From NCBI GenBank assembly GCA_045594565.1, contig JAZNYT010000010.1, positions 321-64,320 of the forward strand: a stretch of 64,000 nt of DNA. Reading direction: 5' to 3'. The DNA comes from Eubacteriales bacterium (GTDB lineage Bacteria; Bacillota; Clostridia; Oscillospirales; SIG627). Position numbers and translations under genes: made by a program. Shown in pieces: positions 45,609 through 55,600 of the stretch. The notes below the pieces were generated by a model. The model saw only the letters and a list, made by a program, of their open reading frames with translations. It was not told the DNA's origin and ran no database searches. How positions within the stretch are numbered: position 1 is the first letter of the stretch; each line of letters opens with the position of its first letter.

Positions 45609-45726
45609 CACCTCGGCTACCAAAAACGGTAGGCGGTTAGCCCTCTGACTCAGAGGGAGATTATAAGCCCTCTGTTAACATAGAAATCTGACTTGTCGGA
45701 AATCGAATCATCAGGGGGAATGCATC

Positions 45727-45816
45727 GTGACATCGTATGAAGTAATTACACTTTTTATTGCTGTAATCAGTATAATAGTGAAATTGCTCATTGAGCTAAT
45801 AAATGCAAAAAAGTAA
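45727..45816 (+). CDS. 29-aa hydrophobic peptide, putative holin-like type I toxin
   Basis: Below the ORF-track cut-off. GTG start 7 nt after GGGGGA (45714-45719). Translation MTSYEVITLFIAVISIIVKLLIELINAKK: one TM helix and a Lys-Lys tail, resembling the M-[ST]-x-Y-E...KK pattern I recall for the putative holin-like toxin family. Confidence 0.6.
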   Translation: MTSYEVITLFIAVISIIVKLLIELINAKK

Positions 45817-45899
45817 CCGCCCGAGCCTGAGAAACTTGGCGGTTACCTTTTCGTAACTGTTAAATTCAGGGCTAACCGTCTATCGGTAGCCTTTTTTCT
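45807..45899 (-). ncRNA. candidate antisense antitoxin sRNA, convergent with the toxin mRNA and overlapping its 3' end
   Basis: The consensus minus-strand promoter at 45906-45934 points into the toxin 3' region. On the minus strand, GTAACCGCC-N16-GGCGGTTAC followed by TTTTTT (45847-45807) gives a transcript of about 90 nt, covering the toxin stop codon and 3' UTR. Confidence 0.55.
45870..45897 (+). terminator. intrinsic terminator of the toxin mRNA
   Basis: GGCTAACCG-TCTAT-CGGTAGCC followed by TTTTTT. Confidence 0.7.
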
Positions 45900-45905
45900 G
45901 TAATC

Positions 45906-45934
45906 ATTATACCATAAGATATAAACAGTGTCAA
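45906..45934 (-). promoter_or_regulatory. consensus sigma-A promoter for the antisense RNA
   Basis: On the minus strand: TTGACA (45934-45929), 17-nt spacer, TGGTATAAT with TATAAT at 45911-45906. Confidence 0.7.
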
Positions 45935-46117
45935 GTTTTTTATTTTTGTGTGTATTTTCAGTTGACAAAGTATTACACGGAATTTCAAAGAAAAGTAATT
46001 TCGAAGTATTTTTTCGTTATGCGAGTGCACACGAGCGAGGCAAGGAAACTTTACAAATGTAAAGTGACGATGCCGAGTCGAGTAAGTAGCGAAGCAGAAC
46101 GGAAAAAGACGAAGAAA

Positions 46118-47311
46118 TTATTCGGTAGTGTAGTTGTCGAAGTACCCCTGTATATAAACAATAGGTGTACCCTTGTCGCCCGAGCCTGATGTAAGATCGC
46201 AAAGAGAGCCGATAAGGTCGGTGAGACGGCGGGGTGTTGTACCCTCACTTGCCATTTTACCGAAAAGGTTTCCGTCCTTTTCCTTGATCTTGCCCTTAAT
46301 AGCTTCCTTGAGAGCGTCGCCCGAGAGACCTGCAAATTCGTTATCTGCAAGGTACTTGAGCTTAAGCTCGTTGGGGGTTCCTTCAAGTCCTGCGGTATAT
46401 GCGGGTGAAACAACGGGGTCAGCAAGCTCCCAAATCTTTCCTACGGGATCCTTGAAAGCTCCGTCGCCGTAAACCATAACCTCAACAGTCTTACCTGTTG
46501 CATCAAAAATATTCTTCTGAATGGCATCAACTACAGGCTGACATTCGCGGGGGAAGAGCTTAACCTGGTCTTCGGTTGCCTTGTTAGAGCCAAGTAGACC
46601 GTAATGTTCGTTATATCCGCTGCCGTTGACGCTTTCGTTCAAAATCTCGTCAAGTCCGAATACACGCTCAGCGCCTGCTGCACGGAGAAGTCTCTTGCTT
46701 CTCGCTCTTGTATGAATATCGCAGGTAATAACGTTCTTGGTGTAATCAAGCACTGCACGGGGGTCGTTTGCAAAAATTATTTCAGCCTCGGCGCCGCACT
46801 CCTTGATAAGAGTTTCATAGTACTCAACGTAGTCAATACCTGTAAATCTGTGCTTCTCATAACCGAAAAGCTCACGATATTTTTTAAGGTCAAGAACGTC
46901 GCGGTAGGGATCAACTCCCTTTTCATCAAGGGCATCAAGAGAAATAAGGTGGTTTCCTACCTTGTCGGAGGGGTAAGAAAGCTGAAGAACTATCTTCTTT
47001 GCGCCTTTAGCGATACCTCTGAGACAAATAGCGAAGCGGTTACGGCTGAGGATAGGAAGAATAACACCAACGTCCTCGCCGCCGAGCTTTCTCTTCACAT
47101 CGAAAGCTATATCATCAACCGATGCATAGTTACCCTGCGCACGAGCAACGATAGCTTCGGTCATGGCAATAATATCTCTGTCCCGAATTTCAAATCCCGC
47201 ATCCCTCGATGCTTCGAGAACGGATTCGGTAACGATTTTTACAATATCGTCGCCGTTTCTGATAATAGGTGCACGAACACCTCTGGAAACTGTACCGATT
47301 GTACGGCTCAT
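46118..47311 (-). CDS. CofE-like protein (F420-0:gamma-glutamyl ligase family)
   Basis: The ORF track starts at 47350. ATG 47311 (MSRTIGTVSRGVRAPIIRNGDDIV...) follows AAGGAG. The family call rests on overall similarity as I recall it for clostridial CofE-like proteins. Confidence 0.6.
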   Translation of the reverse strand: MSRTIGTVSRGVRAPIIRNGDDIVKIVTESVLEASRDAGFEIRDRDIIAMTEAIVARAQGNYASVDDIAFDVKRKLGGEDVGVILPILSRNRFAICLRGIAKGAKKIVLQLSYPSDKVGNHLISLDALDEKGVDPYRDVLDLKKYRELFGYEKHRFTGIDYVEYYETLIKECGAEAEIIFANDPRAVLDYTKNVITCDIHTRARSKRLLRAAGAERVFGLDEILNESVNGSGYNEHYGLLGSNKATEDQVKLFPRECQPVVDAIQKNIFDATGKTVEVMVYGDGAFKDPVGKIWELADPVVSPAYTAGLEGTPNELKLKYLADNEFAGLSGDALKEAIKGKIKEKDGNLFGKMASEGTTPRRLTDLIGSLCDLTSGSGDKGTPIVYIQGYFDNYTTE

Positions 47312-47431
47312 AGTTTTAACACTCCTTGTTACGCCGAGATACCTCGGCACATAAAATAACGTATATATTTTATACCAAAAGATAGTCTATGTAAAGATTT
47401 TTTTTAAATTTTTTCAAAAAAATTTATATTT

Positions 47432-48241
47432 TCAGTTATTTTCAACAAAATAACTGTTGTTGGTTTCTCGAAGAAGCCTTGCAGCGTTTTTGTAGAAAAT
47501 CATTTCCTTTTCACTATCTGTTAAATTCGGGTCAAGTGCAACACCGCCAATATAGGCAGATGGATTACATACCGGATAGTCAGAGCCATACAAAAATCTT
47601 TCTACTCCAACCATCTTTATTCCGTACGGAAGAAGTCTGTTTCGCAAAACACCTGTACCGGAAATATCTAGCTTGTAATTCTCATTTTCCTTCATAAGTT
47701 CCAAATGCAGAAGGAAGGTTCCTTTTTCACCGGGATGCGCCGCCACAAAACGTGTTTTTGGGTGCTTCTTTATCATATTTATAAAAGGCTCTTCAATAGT
47801 TGCGGTATGAAAATTGAAAATCATATCATATTCAGTTATGAGGTCTATTATTTCATCAAGATTCTCACTGCCATATCCCCAACCGTGAATATATGGAACA
47901 AGCTCTCCAACAAAGTTTATTCCAAGCTTATGCATTCTTTCAATTTCTTCAAGAGACTCTTTTAAAAATAGCGGTGACACGTGAAAGCCGGGTATGTAAA
48001 AGCCACGGTACTTTTCGGCGAGGCGGATTGCTGTATCGTTAAGTGCTTTTATTCCTTGCCATGAAACGTCTTTCTCGGGACGTGCATCTATAACAGAACC
48101 GCAAACATAGCTCACTCCCCATGAGTTCATTTCCTCTTTTATCAGAGTTTCGGGCATATCGAATGCATCACGGTACATACAGATATTTTCATTTTTTACA
48201 AATGGGTGGGTATGAAAATCAATAATTTTAAAATTTTTCAT
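47432..48241 (-). CDS. amidohydrolase-family metal-dependent hydrolase (TIM barrel)
   Basis: 269 aa. MKNFKIIDFHTHPF... with downstream His/Asp positions (FHTAT, AAHPG, GSDYP). Confidence 0.7.
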   Translation of the reverse strand: MKNFKIIDFHTHPFVKNENICMYRDAFDMPETLIKEEMNSWGVSYVCGSVIDARPEKDVSWQGIKALNDTAIRLAEKYRGFYIPGFHVSPLFLKESLEEIERMHKLGINFVGELVPYIHGWGYGSENLDEIIDLITEYDMIFNFHTATIEEPFINMIKKHPKTRFVAAHPGEKGTFLLHLELMKENENYKLDISGTGVLRNRLLPYGIKMVGVERFLYGSDYPVCNPSAYIGGVALDPNLTDSEKEMIFYKNAARLLRETNNSYFVENN

Positions 48242-48699
48242 ATACTACTCTCCTTCTTTTTCCTAAGTTCTTTGAAAAAATCACTCAATTCTTTTGAGCA
48301 TTCCTCCTCCATTATGCCTCCTATCACGTTTGGGTGGTGGTTATATGGGAAGGAATTGAAATCCGCAACGCTTCCGAAGGAGCCTGCTTTTTTATCGTAC
48401 GCACCGAAATAAACGTTTCTTATTCTTGAATTTATTATAGCTCCCGCACACATAGGACAAGGCTCGAGGGTAACGTAGAGATCGCACTCCCAGAGTCGCC
48501 ATCCGCCAAGCTTACGGCAAGCCTTGTCTATAGCCATAATTTCGGCGTGGCAAAGGGCGTTCTTTTTCGTTTCTCTTTTATTGTATCCAAAGGACACAAT
48601 TTCCTCTCCTCTGACTATTACCGCCCCAACGGGTGTTTCGCCCTTTTTTGCGGCAAGGCGAGCATAATGAAGGGCTTTTTCCATATATTCTTTATTCAT
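48238..48699 (-). CDS. tadA: tRNA adenosine(34) deaminase
   Basis: 153 aa. ...ETPVGAVIV...HAEIMAI...LYVTLEPCPMCAGAI... Confidence 0.92.
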   Translation of the reverse strand: MNKEYMEKALHYARLAAKKGETPVGAVIVRGEEIVSFGYNKRETKKNALCHAEIMAIDKACRKLGGWRLWECDLYVTLEPCPMCAGAIINSRIRNVYFGAYDKKAGSFGSVADFNSFPYNHHPNVIGGIMEEECSKELSDFFKELRKKKESSI

Positions 48700-49571
48700 T
48701 TGAGCACCGTTTCCATAAGAAGCCTTAAAAGGAAGTAAAGGAGATATGCAAGTATAAAATAGAGTGCGATTCTTGGCAGCGCCTGTATTCGCATTTTGTC
48801 CTTGTACTTCTCTCTTTTTTCTACTTTTTTGATTTCCTTTTCTATCACAAACTCTTTGGCTTCGTCAGTAGGCTTGTAGTCGCGTTTTTCGATAAACCTC
48901 GCCTTCTCTGCACGGCGGGTCATGGTGAGAGTACCCTCGCTTCCCTCTGCCGCAACAATCTCGAGATTTTTTGCATCATAGGTCTCAATCAGCCACTGTT
49001 TACTTCTGCCGCATTTTTCGCAAGCTTCACTTGCGGTTGAATTTTTGTGAGAGCAAGAGCAAATCCAAGCATTTTCGCCGAATTTCGGCATGGCGATTGC
49101 AGGATAGCTTTCGTGAAGCGTCTCGCTTTCCTCCACAAGCTCACAGGCGGTAATTGTTGAAAGAGTCTGGTCTTTTATAAGCTCCGACTTCTTTCTTGAG
49201 GAAAAATTATATTTTTCTTTTCTGCCATCGCTGAAGGTAACCTCGGTAAGCACTATTTCAAAAGACTTATAAAAGCTTTCGGGAATAGGTATGTGAAGGT
49301 TCGCTCCCAGTATATCAGTTTTATCTTTCTTGAAATCGTATGTAATCTCCATCTTTTTATATGGCACAACGTTATTATCAAGAAAAAGATGAATAAGAAG
49401 TTTTGCACCTTTTATTTTTTCACCAGACACGTTTTTCATTCTTATAACAAGAGAATAGTCAAAGGTTTCGATGTCGTAATAGTTTACCGCATCAATAAAT
49501 TCAATAGGGCTATTCTCAAAAATGAAATTGAAGGGCATAGTGTTTATTTCTTTGTAATACTTTTTCTTCAT
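48696..49571 (-). CDS. hypothetical tail-anchored membrane protein with internal zinc-ribbon-like motif
   Basis: The ORF track starts at 49625, overlapping the upstream gene. ATG 49571 (MKKKYYKEINT...) follows AAAGGA. Contains CSCSHKNSTASEACEKCGR and a C-terminal TM segment RIALYFILAYLLYFLLRLL. Confidence 0.55.
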   Translation of the reverse strand: MKKKYYKEINTMPFNFIFENSPIEFIDAVNYYDIETFDYSLVIRMKNVSGEKIKGAKLLIHLFLDNNVVPYKKMEITYDFKKDKTDILGANLHIPIPESFYKSFEIVLTEVTFSDGRKEKYNFSSRKKSELIKDQTLSTITACELVEESETLHESYPAIAMPKFGENAWICSCSHKNSTASEACEKCGRSKQWLIETYDAKNLEIVAAEGSEGTLTMTRRAEKARFIEKRDYKPTDEAKEFVIEKEIKKVEKREKYKDKMRIQALPRIALYFILAYLLYFLLRLLMETVLK

Positions 49572-49581
49572 ATTTTTTCCT

Positions 49582-50115
49582 TTACATAAAAACGTAAGCC
49601 ATAATATTATTGGCGGAATGTACAATAAACGGAATTTTTATATCGTCGGACTCTTTATAGATGAAATACAGTACAAGGCCTACAAAAAAAGCAGGGATGA
49701 ATCTATCTATGCCGTGAAAAAGTCCGAAAATCAAGGATGATATGACAGGAGCAGAATACTTTCCGAATGCAGTTGGCAAAAGCTTTCTGAAAAACAACTC
49801 CTCATAAAAGGGTCCAAGCATTGTTATCAAAAAAGCGTTAATAAAGTTCTTTTCTATCATTGGTGATTGGGCTTGAGGAAAAAGCAAAGATAAGATAACC
49901 GAAAGCACTATAAAAAGAGGAACATATATCATAACTCTTTTAAAAGAAAACGGCTTTTCAAGGTCGCAAATTAAATTCAGCTCTTTTCTGAAAAACACAA
50001 GTACCGCAGTAAAGAAAATATAACTTAAAGCAGCACTTCTTGAAAAATAAAAAAATATCTGCAGAATTACAGTTGCCGCAAGTATGCGGCAACTGTAGAG
50101 AAGGTTTCTTGTCAT
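49582..50115 (-). CDS. CPBP-family intramembrane glutamic endopeptidase (CAAX protease / Abi-like)
   Basis: 177 aa. Motifs FYEELFFRKLL, FGLFH and HSANN. Confidence 0.8.
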   Translation of the reverse strand: MTRNLLYSCRILAATVILQIFFYFSRSAALSYIFFTAVLVFFRKELNLICDLEKPFSFKRVMIYVPLFIVLSVILSLLFPQAQSPMIEKNFINAFLITMLGPFYEELFFRKLLPTAFGKYSAPVISSLIFGLFHGIDRFIPAFFVGLVLYFIYKESDDIKIPFIVHSANNIMAYVFM

Positions 50116-52655
50116 TCAGCTTTTTCTTCCCCTTCTTCTCCCTCTTCTTCGTCCTCAAATTCCTCCGGATGCTCAAGTCGATAGATTTCACAAAGAGTAG
50201 CCCAGGATTCGTTATTCGTGTTGTTATGCTCCACGCACCAGCTGTTAACAGGGCGTGTTACACCCGACGTATATCCCGGTAAGGTTCCATTGACATAGAG
50301 ATTTATAAAGAAGGGTAAATTCGTTTCGGTAGGATAAATATAATCAGACGGTACGTCCATATAGGTATACTGGGCATCGGTTACCGCCGCATCCTTTTCA
50401 AGACGTCTCTTTTCGTTTCTGATAAGAGCGATGGTTACAACACCTTCCTTTGGGCATCCCGCTCCTGCAACGGAACCCGTCCCCGTACACCACTGAACAG
50501 GAACGTGTACGTCACAGGTAGTTGTAGGGATACTGTCTCTTGTAGCATATCCCGTTGCCACTCTTGAGCCTCTCGGGTCAAGTGAACAGTACTCGCCAAC
50601 AAGGAGTCCCGAGTCTCTGCAATAGGTGTAGGCGGAAAGCTCAGAATAGTCGAAGTGACGAAGAGCAGGTCCTCCATTCTTAGCGGATTCTATATAGTCC
50701 TCGTGTATTTTGTTCATTACAAGGTCCCAAAGAGTAAGAGAGGGACTGGGCTGTAAATTGGGAAGGTATCTCGGCTGTTCGTAGCCGAACCACACACCGC
50801 CTACGAAATAGGGTGTATATCCCACAAAATAGATATCCTTGTTATCGTTTGTTGTACCTGTCTTTGCGGCAACGTCAACCTTGCTTGTAACGGTGAGTCT
50901 TCTTGCGGTACCGTAGCCTGCGGGATTTGCAACCTCTTCGAGCATATTGGTCATCAGCTGGGCGGTACCCGTGCTGAGTACTACTTCACTATCCTCTTCG
51001 TTAGAGAGAATAATATTTCCGTTTGCATCACAAACCTTGATGTAGGTTCTCGAAGCGGTATAAACACCCGAATTTGCAAAGGTAGCGTAAGCGGTGGTTA
51101 TATCTCTGATAGTTACACCGTGAGTAAGACCACCAAGAGCCTTGGCAAGTCCCATATCGTTAGATGTGCCCGAGTCAACGAGGGTTGATATTCTGAACTT
51201 ATCACGAAGGAAATAGAAGGATTCCTCGGCACCGATCTCCTCCATAAGCCTTACTGCGACGGTATTTACCGAACGGATAATGGCATCGCAAACACTGGTG
51301 TAGCCTCTGTACTGGTTAGGTGAGTTGGATGGCCATAGCTTGCCTGTTGCGGGATTTACATTTACGGGATAGTCGTCAACAATGGTAGAATATCCTGCAA
51401 TTCCTGCCTCTATCGCCTGTGCATAAACTGCAATAGGCTTAAAGGATGAGCCGGGCTGACGGCGTGACATTGTAGCGTTATTCCAGTCACCGTTGGTCTT
51501 CTTCTCCCCTCTCGCACCTATAACTCCAAGAACGTTACTGTTATATGGGTTTATAACTATCATAGCCGATTCGGGCTGTACGCCTTCAAGCTTGGGGTAG
51601 TTTTCTTCATTTGCAAAGACCTCGTCCATAGCCGACTGTACCTTACGGTCAACGGTGGAATAGATCTTCAGACCGCCCGAATACACAAGCTTTGTAGCGG
51701 TGTTTTCGTCCAATCCCTTTTCTTCCATAAGGTCGGAGATAACGTCTGCTATAAGAACCTCGGTAAACCATGAATGGACTACCGCATCCTCCTCTTCCTT
51801 CTCATAATCGTCATCGTCAAAGAATACAAGCTTTGCTCCTATCGCCTTTTTGTGCTCGTCTTTGCTTATATACTTTTGCTCAAGCATCTGGTCGAGGATT
51901 ACTTCCTGACGGTATTTGTTGTTTTCGGGATTCTGAATGGGGTCGTAATAGGTAGGTCTGTTAGTAATTGCCGCAAGGGATGCGCACTCTGCGAGAGTAA
52001 GCTCGGAAACGTCCTTATGGAAATAGAAGTTTGCCGCCGACTGTACTCCGTTACAGCCCTGTGACATATAGATAGTATTGAGGTACATTTCAAGGATATC
52101 TTCCTTGCTCTTCTTCTCCTCAAGAGAGAGAGCACGGAAAATTTCCTCTATTTTTCTCTGTATTTTAACGTCCTTGTCACCCGATACGTTCTTTATAAGC
52201 TGCTGGGTGATAGTCGAACCGCCGTAGCCGAAGGAGCCTGTTTTAAATACTGTTACAACCGCACCGAGAGTTCTTTTCCAGTCAACTCCCTTGTGGTCCC
52301 AGAAGCGCTGGTCTTCAATAGCGACGAAGGCGTTTATAAGATGCTCGGGAATATCGTCGTAGGAAACCCAAAGGCGGTTTTCACTGCCGTGTATTCTCTC
52401 CTCCTCCCACTCTATCCAGTTACCGACAGTTCTCTCTTCATCGGTATAATCCATATAGTAGATAGAGGTAGTCTGGTCAAGGTCAAGCTTTAAGTTCTCG
52501 ATATCGTATTCGGTATTTACATAGCTCTTGATGTACATAGCAAGAGCAAGTCCCATAATAGTGCCCGATATCATCATTATAAGAAAAATAGTCAACAGAG
52601 TGTTAAGAACTCCTTTGAGAATCTTCTTTGTTCTGTCAGAACTGCGTTTTTTCAT
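50112..52655 (-). CDS. class A penicillin-binding protein (transglycosylase/transpeptidase, PBP1A-like)
   Basis: 847 aa with an N-terminal TM segment. GT51 motifs AIEDQRFWDHKGVD and GGSTITQQL, transpeptidase SSFKP and KTGTT, and an acidic C-terminal tail. Confidence 0.92.
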   Translation of the reverse strand: MKKRSSDRTKKILKGVLNTLLTIFLIMMISGTIMGLALAMYIKSYVNTEYDIENLKLDLDQTTSIYYMDYTDEERTVGNWIEWEEERIHGSENRLWVSYDDIPEHLINAFVAIEDQRFWDHKGVDWKRTLGAVVTVFKTGSFGYGGSTITQQLIKNVSGDKDVKIQRKIEEIFRALSLEEKKSKEDILEMYLNTIYMSQGCNGVQSAANFYFHKDVSELTLAECASLAAITNRPTYYDPIQNPENNKYRQEVILDQMLEQKYISKDEHKKAIGAKLVFFDDDDYEKEEEDAVVHSWFTEVLIADVISDLMEEKGLDENTATKLVYSGGLKIYSTVDRKVQSAMDEVFANEENYPKLEGVQPESAMIVINPYNSNVLGVIGARGEKKTNGDWNNATMSRRQPGSSFKPIAVYAQAIEAGIAGYSTIVDDYPVNVNPATGKLWPSNSPNQYRGYTSVCDAIIRSVNTVAVRLMEEIGAEESFYFLRDKFRISTLVDSGTSNDMGLAKALGGLTHGVTIRDITTAYATFANSGVYTASRTYIKVCDANGNIILSNEEDSEVVLSTGTAQLMTNMLEEVANPAGYGTARRLTVTSKVDVAAKTGTTNDNKDIYFVGYTPYFVGGVWFGYEQPRYLPNLQPSPSLTLWDLVMNKIHEDYIESAKNGGPALRHFDYSELSAYTYCRDSGLLVGEYCSLDPRGSRVATGYATRDSIPTTTCDVHVPVQWCTGTGSVAGAGCPKEGVVTIALIRNEKRRLEKDAAVTDAQYTYMDVPSDYIYPTETNLPFFINLYVNGTLPGYTSGVTRPVNSWCVEHNNTNNESWATLCEIYRLEHPEEFEDEEEGEEGEEKAE

Positions 52656-52672
52656 CTGTTTCCTCCGTTTTT

Positions 52673-55600
52673 TTACTTAACAACAACGTTTTCTTTTCCA
52701 ACAAGCTTTCCAAGGCTTTCGATAAGCTCACCCGACGCATCGGCTAATGCGCCTACAAGCCTGAACTGCTTTTTCTCGTCTTCTACGAATATGATAACGG
52801 GTACGTTCCCGTCGAATATTCCAACAAGTGCTCCCACTCTTTTGAGAAGTGGCTCGTCGTGCGTTTTAAGTCTTACGTAAATCTTTGAGGGTGCGGTGTC
52901 TCTTTTCTGCTCGATGCGAGGCTTTACGTCTTCACCGTATCTTATCATCTTGGGAAATACTTTTGCTTCAGGTTGTGTGTCGGTGAACTTATCATCGGGG
53001 ACGGCGTATCTTATACCCCTTGCAAGAAGCTTCACCTCATCGTCCTTTTGAGATATTTCACTCTTTACAACCACTACCTTATCCTTGTCTATTAAGGAGG
53101 CGGTGCTTTCATAGGTCTTGGAAAACACAACCACTTCAGCAGATGAGGATACGTCAAAAATGGTGAAGAACGCCATAAGCGCCCCGGTCTTTGTGTCCTT
53201 TATCTTCTTTTCTCCCACAACGCCCAGTATGTCTACCACCTGTCCTTCTCGGTAGTCGCCCGTATCATTTTCGAGAGAAAGTCTTATATCGGTAATCGCA
53301 GCGCATCGTCTGCTCTCTTTTTTATAGTCGTCAAGAGGATGTCCCGAAAGGTATACTCCCGTGACGCTCTTTTCCATATTGAGTCTTTCGGTGAGAGTGT
53401 CGGGGGTAAGCTCGGGGTAAGTGAGCTTAAAGAGCGTTTCTCCGGTATCGCCCTCCGAGAAGAGATCGAGCTGACCCGTAACGTTACGCCTGTTCATATC
53501 CGAAAGGGTAGTTATTGCAGAATCAAGCACACCCACCTTTTCGCTTCGCGAATGGGGAAACTCATCGAGAGCACCTGCGAAAATAAGACTTTCCACCATT
53601 TTTCGATTTAGTGTTACGGTGGACATCCTTTGAAGAAAGTCCTCAAAATCTCGGAATCGTCCGTTTTCTCTTTCAAGTACAATAGCGTTTACAAAATTTA
53701 TACCAACGTTCTTTACCGCGAGAAGTCCGAATCGTATGCCGTCATCCGTTATGCCGAATCCCGCGTCGCTTTCGTTGATATCGGGAGGCAGTACCTTTAT
53801 ACCGCAGGACCTGCAATCGCTGACGTAAAAGTTTACCTTTTCCTCGTCATCGAGGGTAGAGGTTATGAGAGACGCCATGTACTGCTTCGGATAGTAGCAC
53901 TTAAGATACGCGGTCTGGTAGGTCAGGTAGCTGTATGCGCAGGCATGTGATTTATTGAAGGCGTATTTTGCAAATTCCGCCATATCGTCGAAAAGCTGCT
54001 CTGCCCTTTTCTTATCCACACCCCTTGAAACAGCGCCTTCTATAAACGTACCTCTCTCGCTTTCCATAACGTCGGCTTTTTTCTTCGCCATGGCACGTCT
54101 CACTATATCGGCGTGTCCGTATGAATAGCCTGCGACCTCGCGGAAAATCTGCATTACCTGTTCCTGATATACTATACATCCGTAGGTAAGAGAAAGAATA
54201 TCCTTAAGGCATGGTGGGTCATAGGTTATCTCGGAGCGTTTTTTACTGTTCTCGATATATTTCGGTATTGCATCCATAGGTCCGGGGCGGTACAGGGCGA
54301 TTGCCGCCGTTATGTCCTCCACCGACTGCGGACGGAGTCTCATTATAACGTTTTTCATTCCGTGAGACTCAATCTGAAACATACCCGATGTATTACCGTC
54401 AGATACGTATTCAAATACCTTCTTGTCCTCATAGTCGATTTTCGACAAATCAAAGGACGGGTTCGTTTTCTTTATCATTCTCACCGCCGTATCAATAACG
54501 GTAAGATAGCGAAGACCAAGAAAGTCTATTTTAAGAAGTCCAAGGTCTGCTATGGTATTCATAGGATACTGAGTTATCACCGCATCTCCGCTTGTGCAAA
54601 GAGGTACGTATTCACTTACCGGATTATCGGTTATTACCACCGCCGCCGCGTGAACGGATGCGTGTCTCGGCATTCCCTCAAGTGTACGGGATATATTTAT
54701 AAGCCTTTTTACGTCGGGGAATGTTAGATATTTATCCTTCAGCTCCCCTACCTCATCTATGGCTTTGTCAATAGTCATATCAAGTCTACGTGGGATAAGC
54801 CTTGCCACCTCGTCAACGTTTGCATAAGGCATACCCATAGCACGTCCTACGTCACGCACTACCGCACGAGCCGCCATGGTATTAAAGGTGATAATCTGCG
54901 AAACGTGGCTCTGTCCGTATTTCTCCGCAACGTACTCTATCACCTCGTGTCGTCTTTCCTGACAGAAGTCGATATCAAAGTCGGGCATACTAACTCTTTC
55001 GGGATTTAAAAATCTTTCGAAGAGAAGCTTGTGCTTTATAGGGTCGATTCCGGTAATTCCAAGGCAGTACGCCGCGAGGCTTCCCGCTCCCGAGCCTCTG
55101 CCGGGACCTACGGGAATACCGTGGCTTTTGGCATAATTCACAAAATCGCGTACAATGAGAAAGTACTCGCAAAAGCCCATTTCTATAATAACCGAAAGCT
55201 CGTAGTCTACCCTCTTTCTGTATTCTTCCTTTTCGTCGGAATCTACGTGGCTTTCACGGAAAATTCTGTCAAGTCCTTCACGGACGAGCTTTTTGAGGTA
55301 GTCCTCGTTTGTCATTCCCTCGTTGTTTTTGAAGGATGGCAAAAAGTGAGCGTCAAAATCAAAATCAAAATTGCACTTATCGGCAATTTTACCGCTATTT
55401 TCTATGGCTTCGGGAAAAGCGCGGAAAAGTGTTTCCATTTCCTCGGTGGATTTAAGGTAGAATTCATCAGTCTTAAAGCCCTCGGGGCGTCCCCCGTCTA
55501 TCGTTGTATTGGTCTGTATGCACATCAGCACCGCGTGGCTGTCGGCATCGGTTTTGTCAAGATAGTGAACGTCGTTGGTTGCTACGAGAGGAATATTCTC

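Noticed and set aside
46118-47311. CofE-like (F420 glutamyl ligase family) gene as evidence of F420 metabolism in a Clostridium-like organism
   Set aside because: As far as I recall, homologues of this family occur in bacteria not known to make F420. No other F420 biosynthesis genes are in the window, so no inference about the cofactor is justified.
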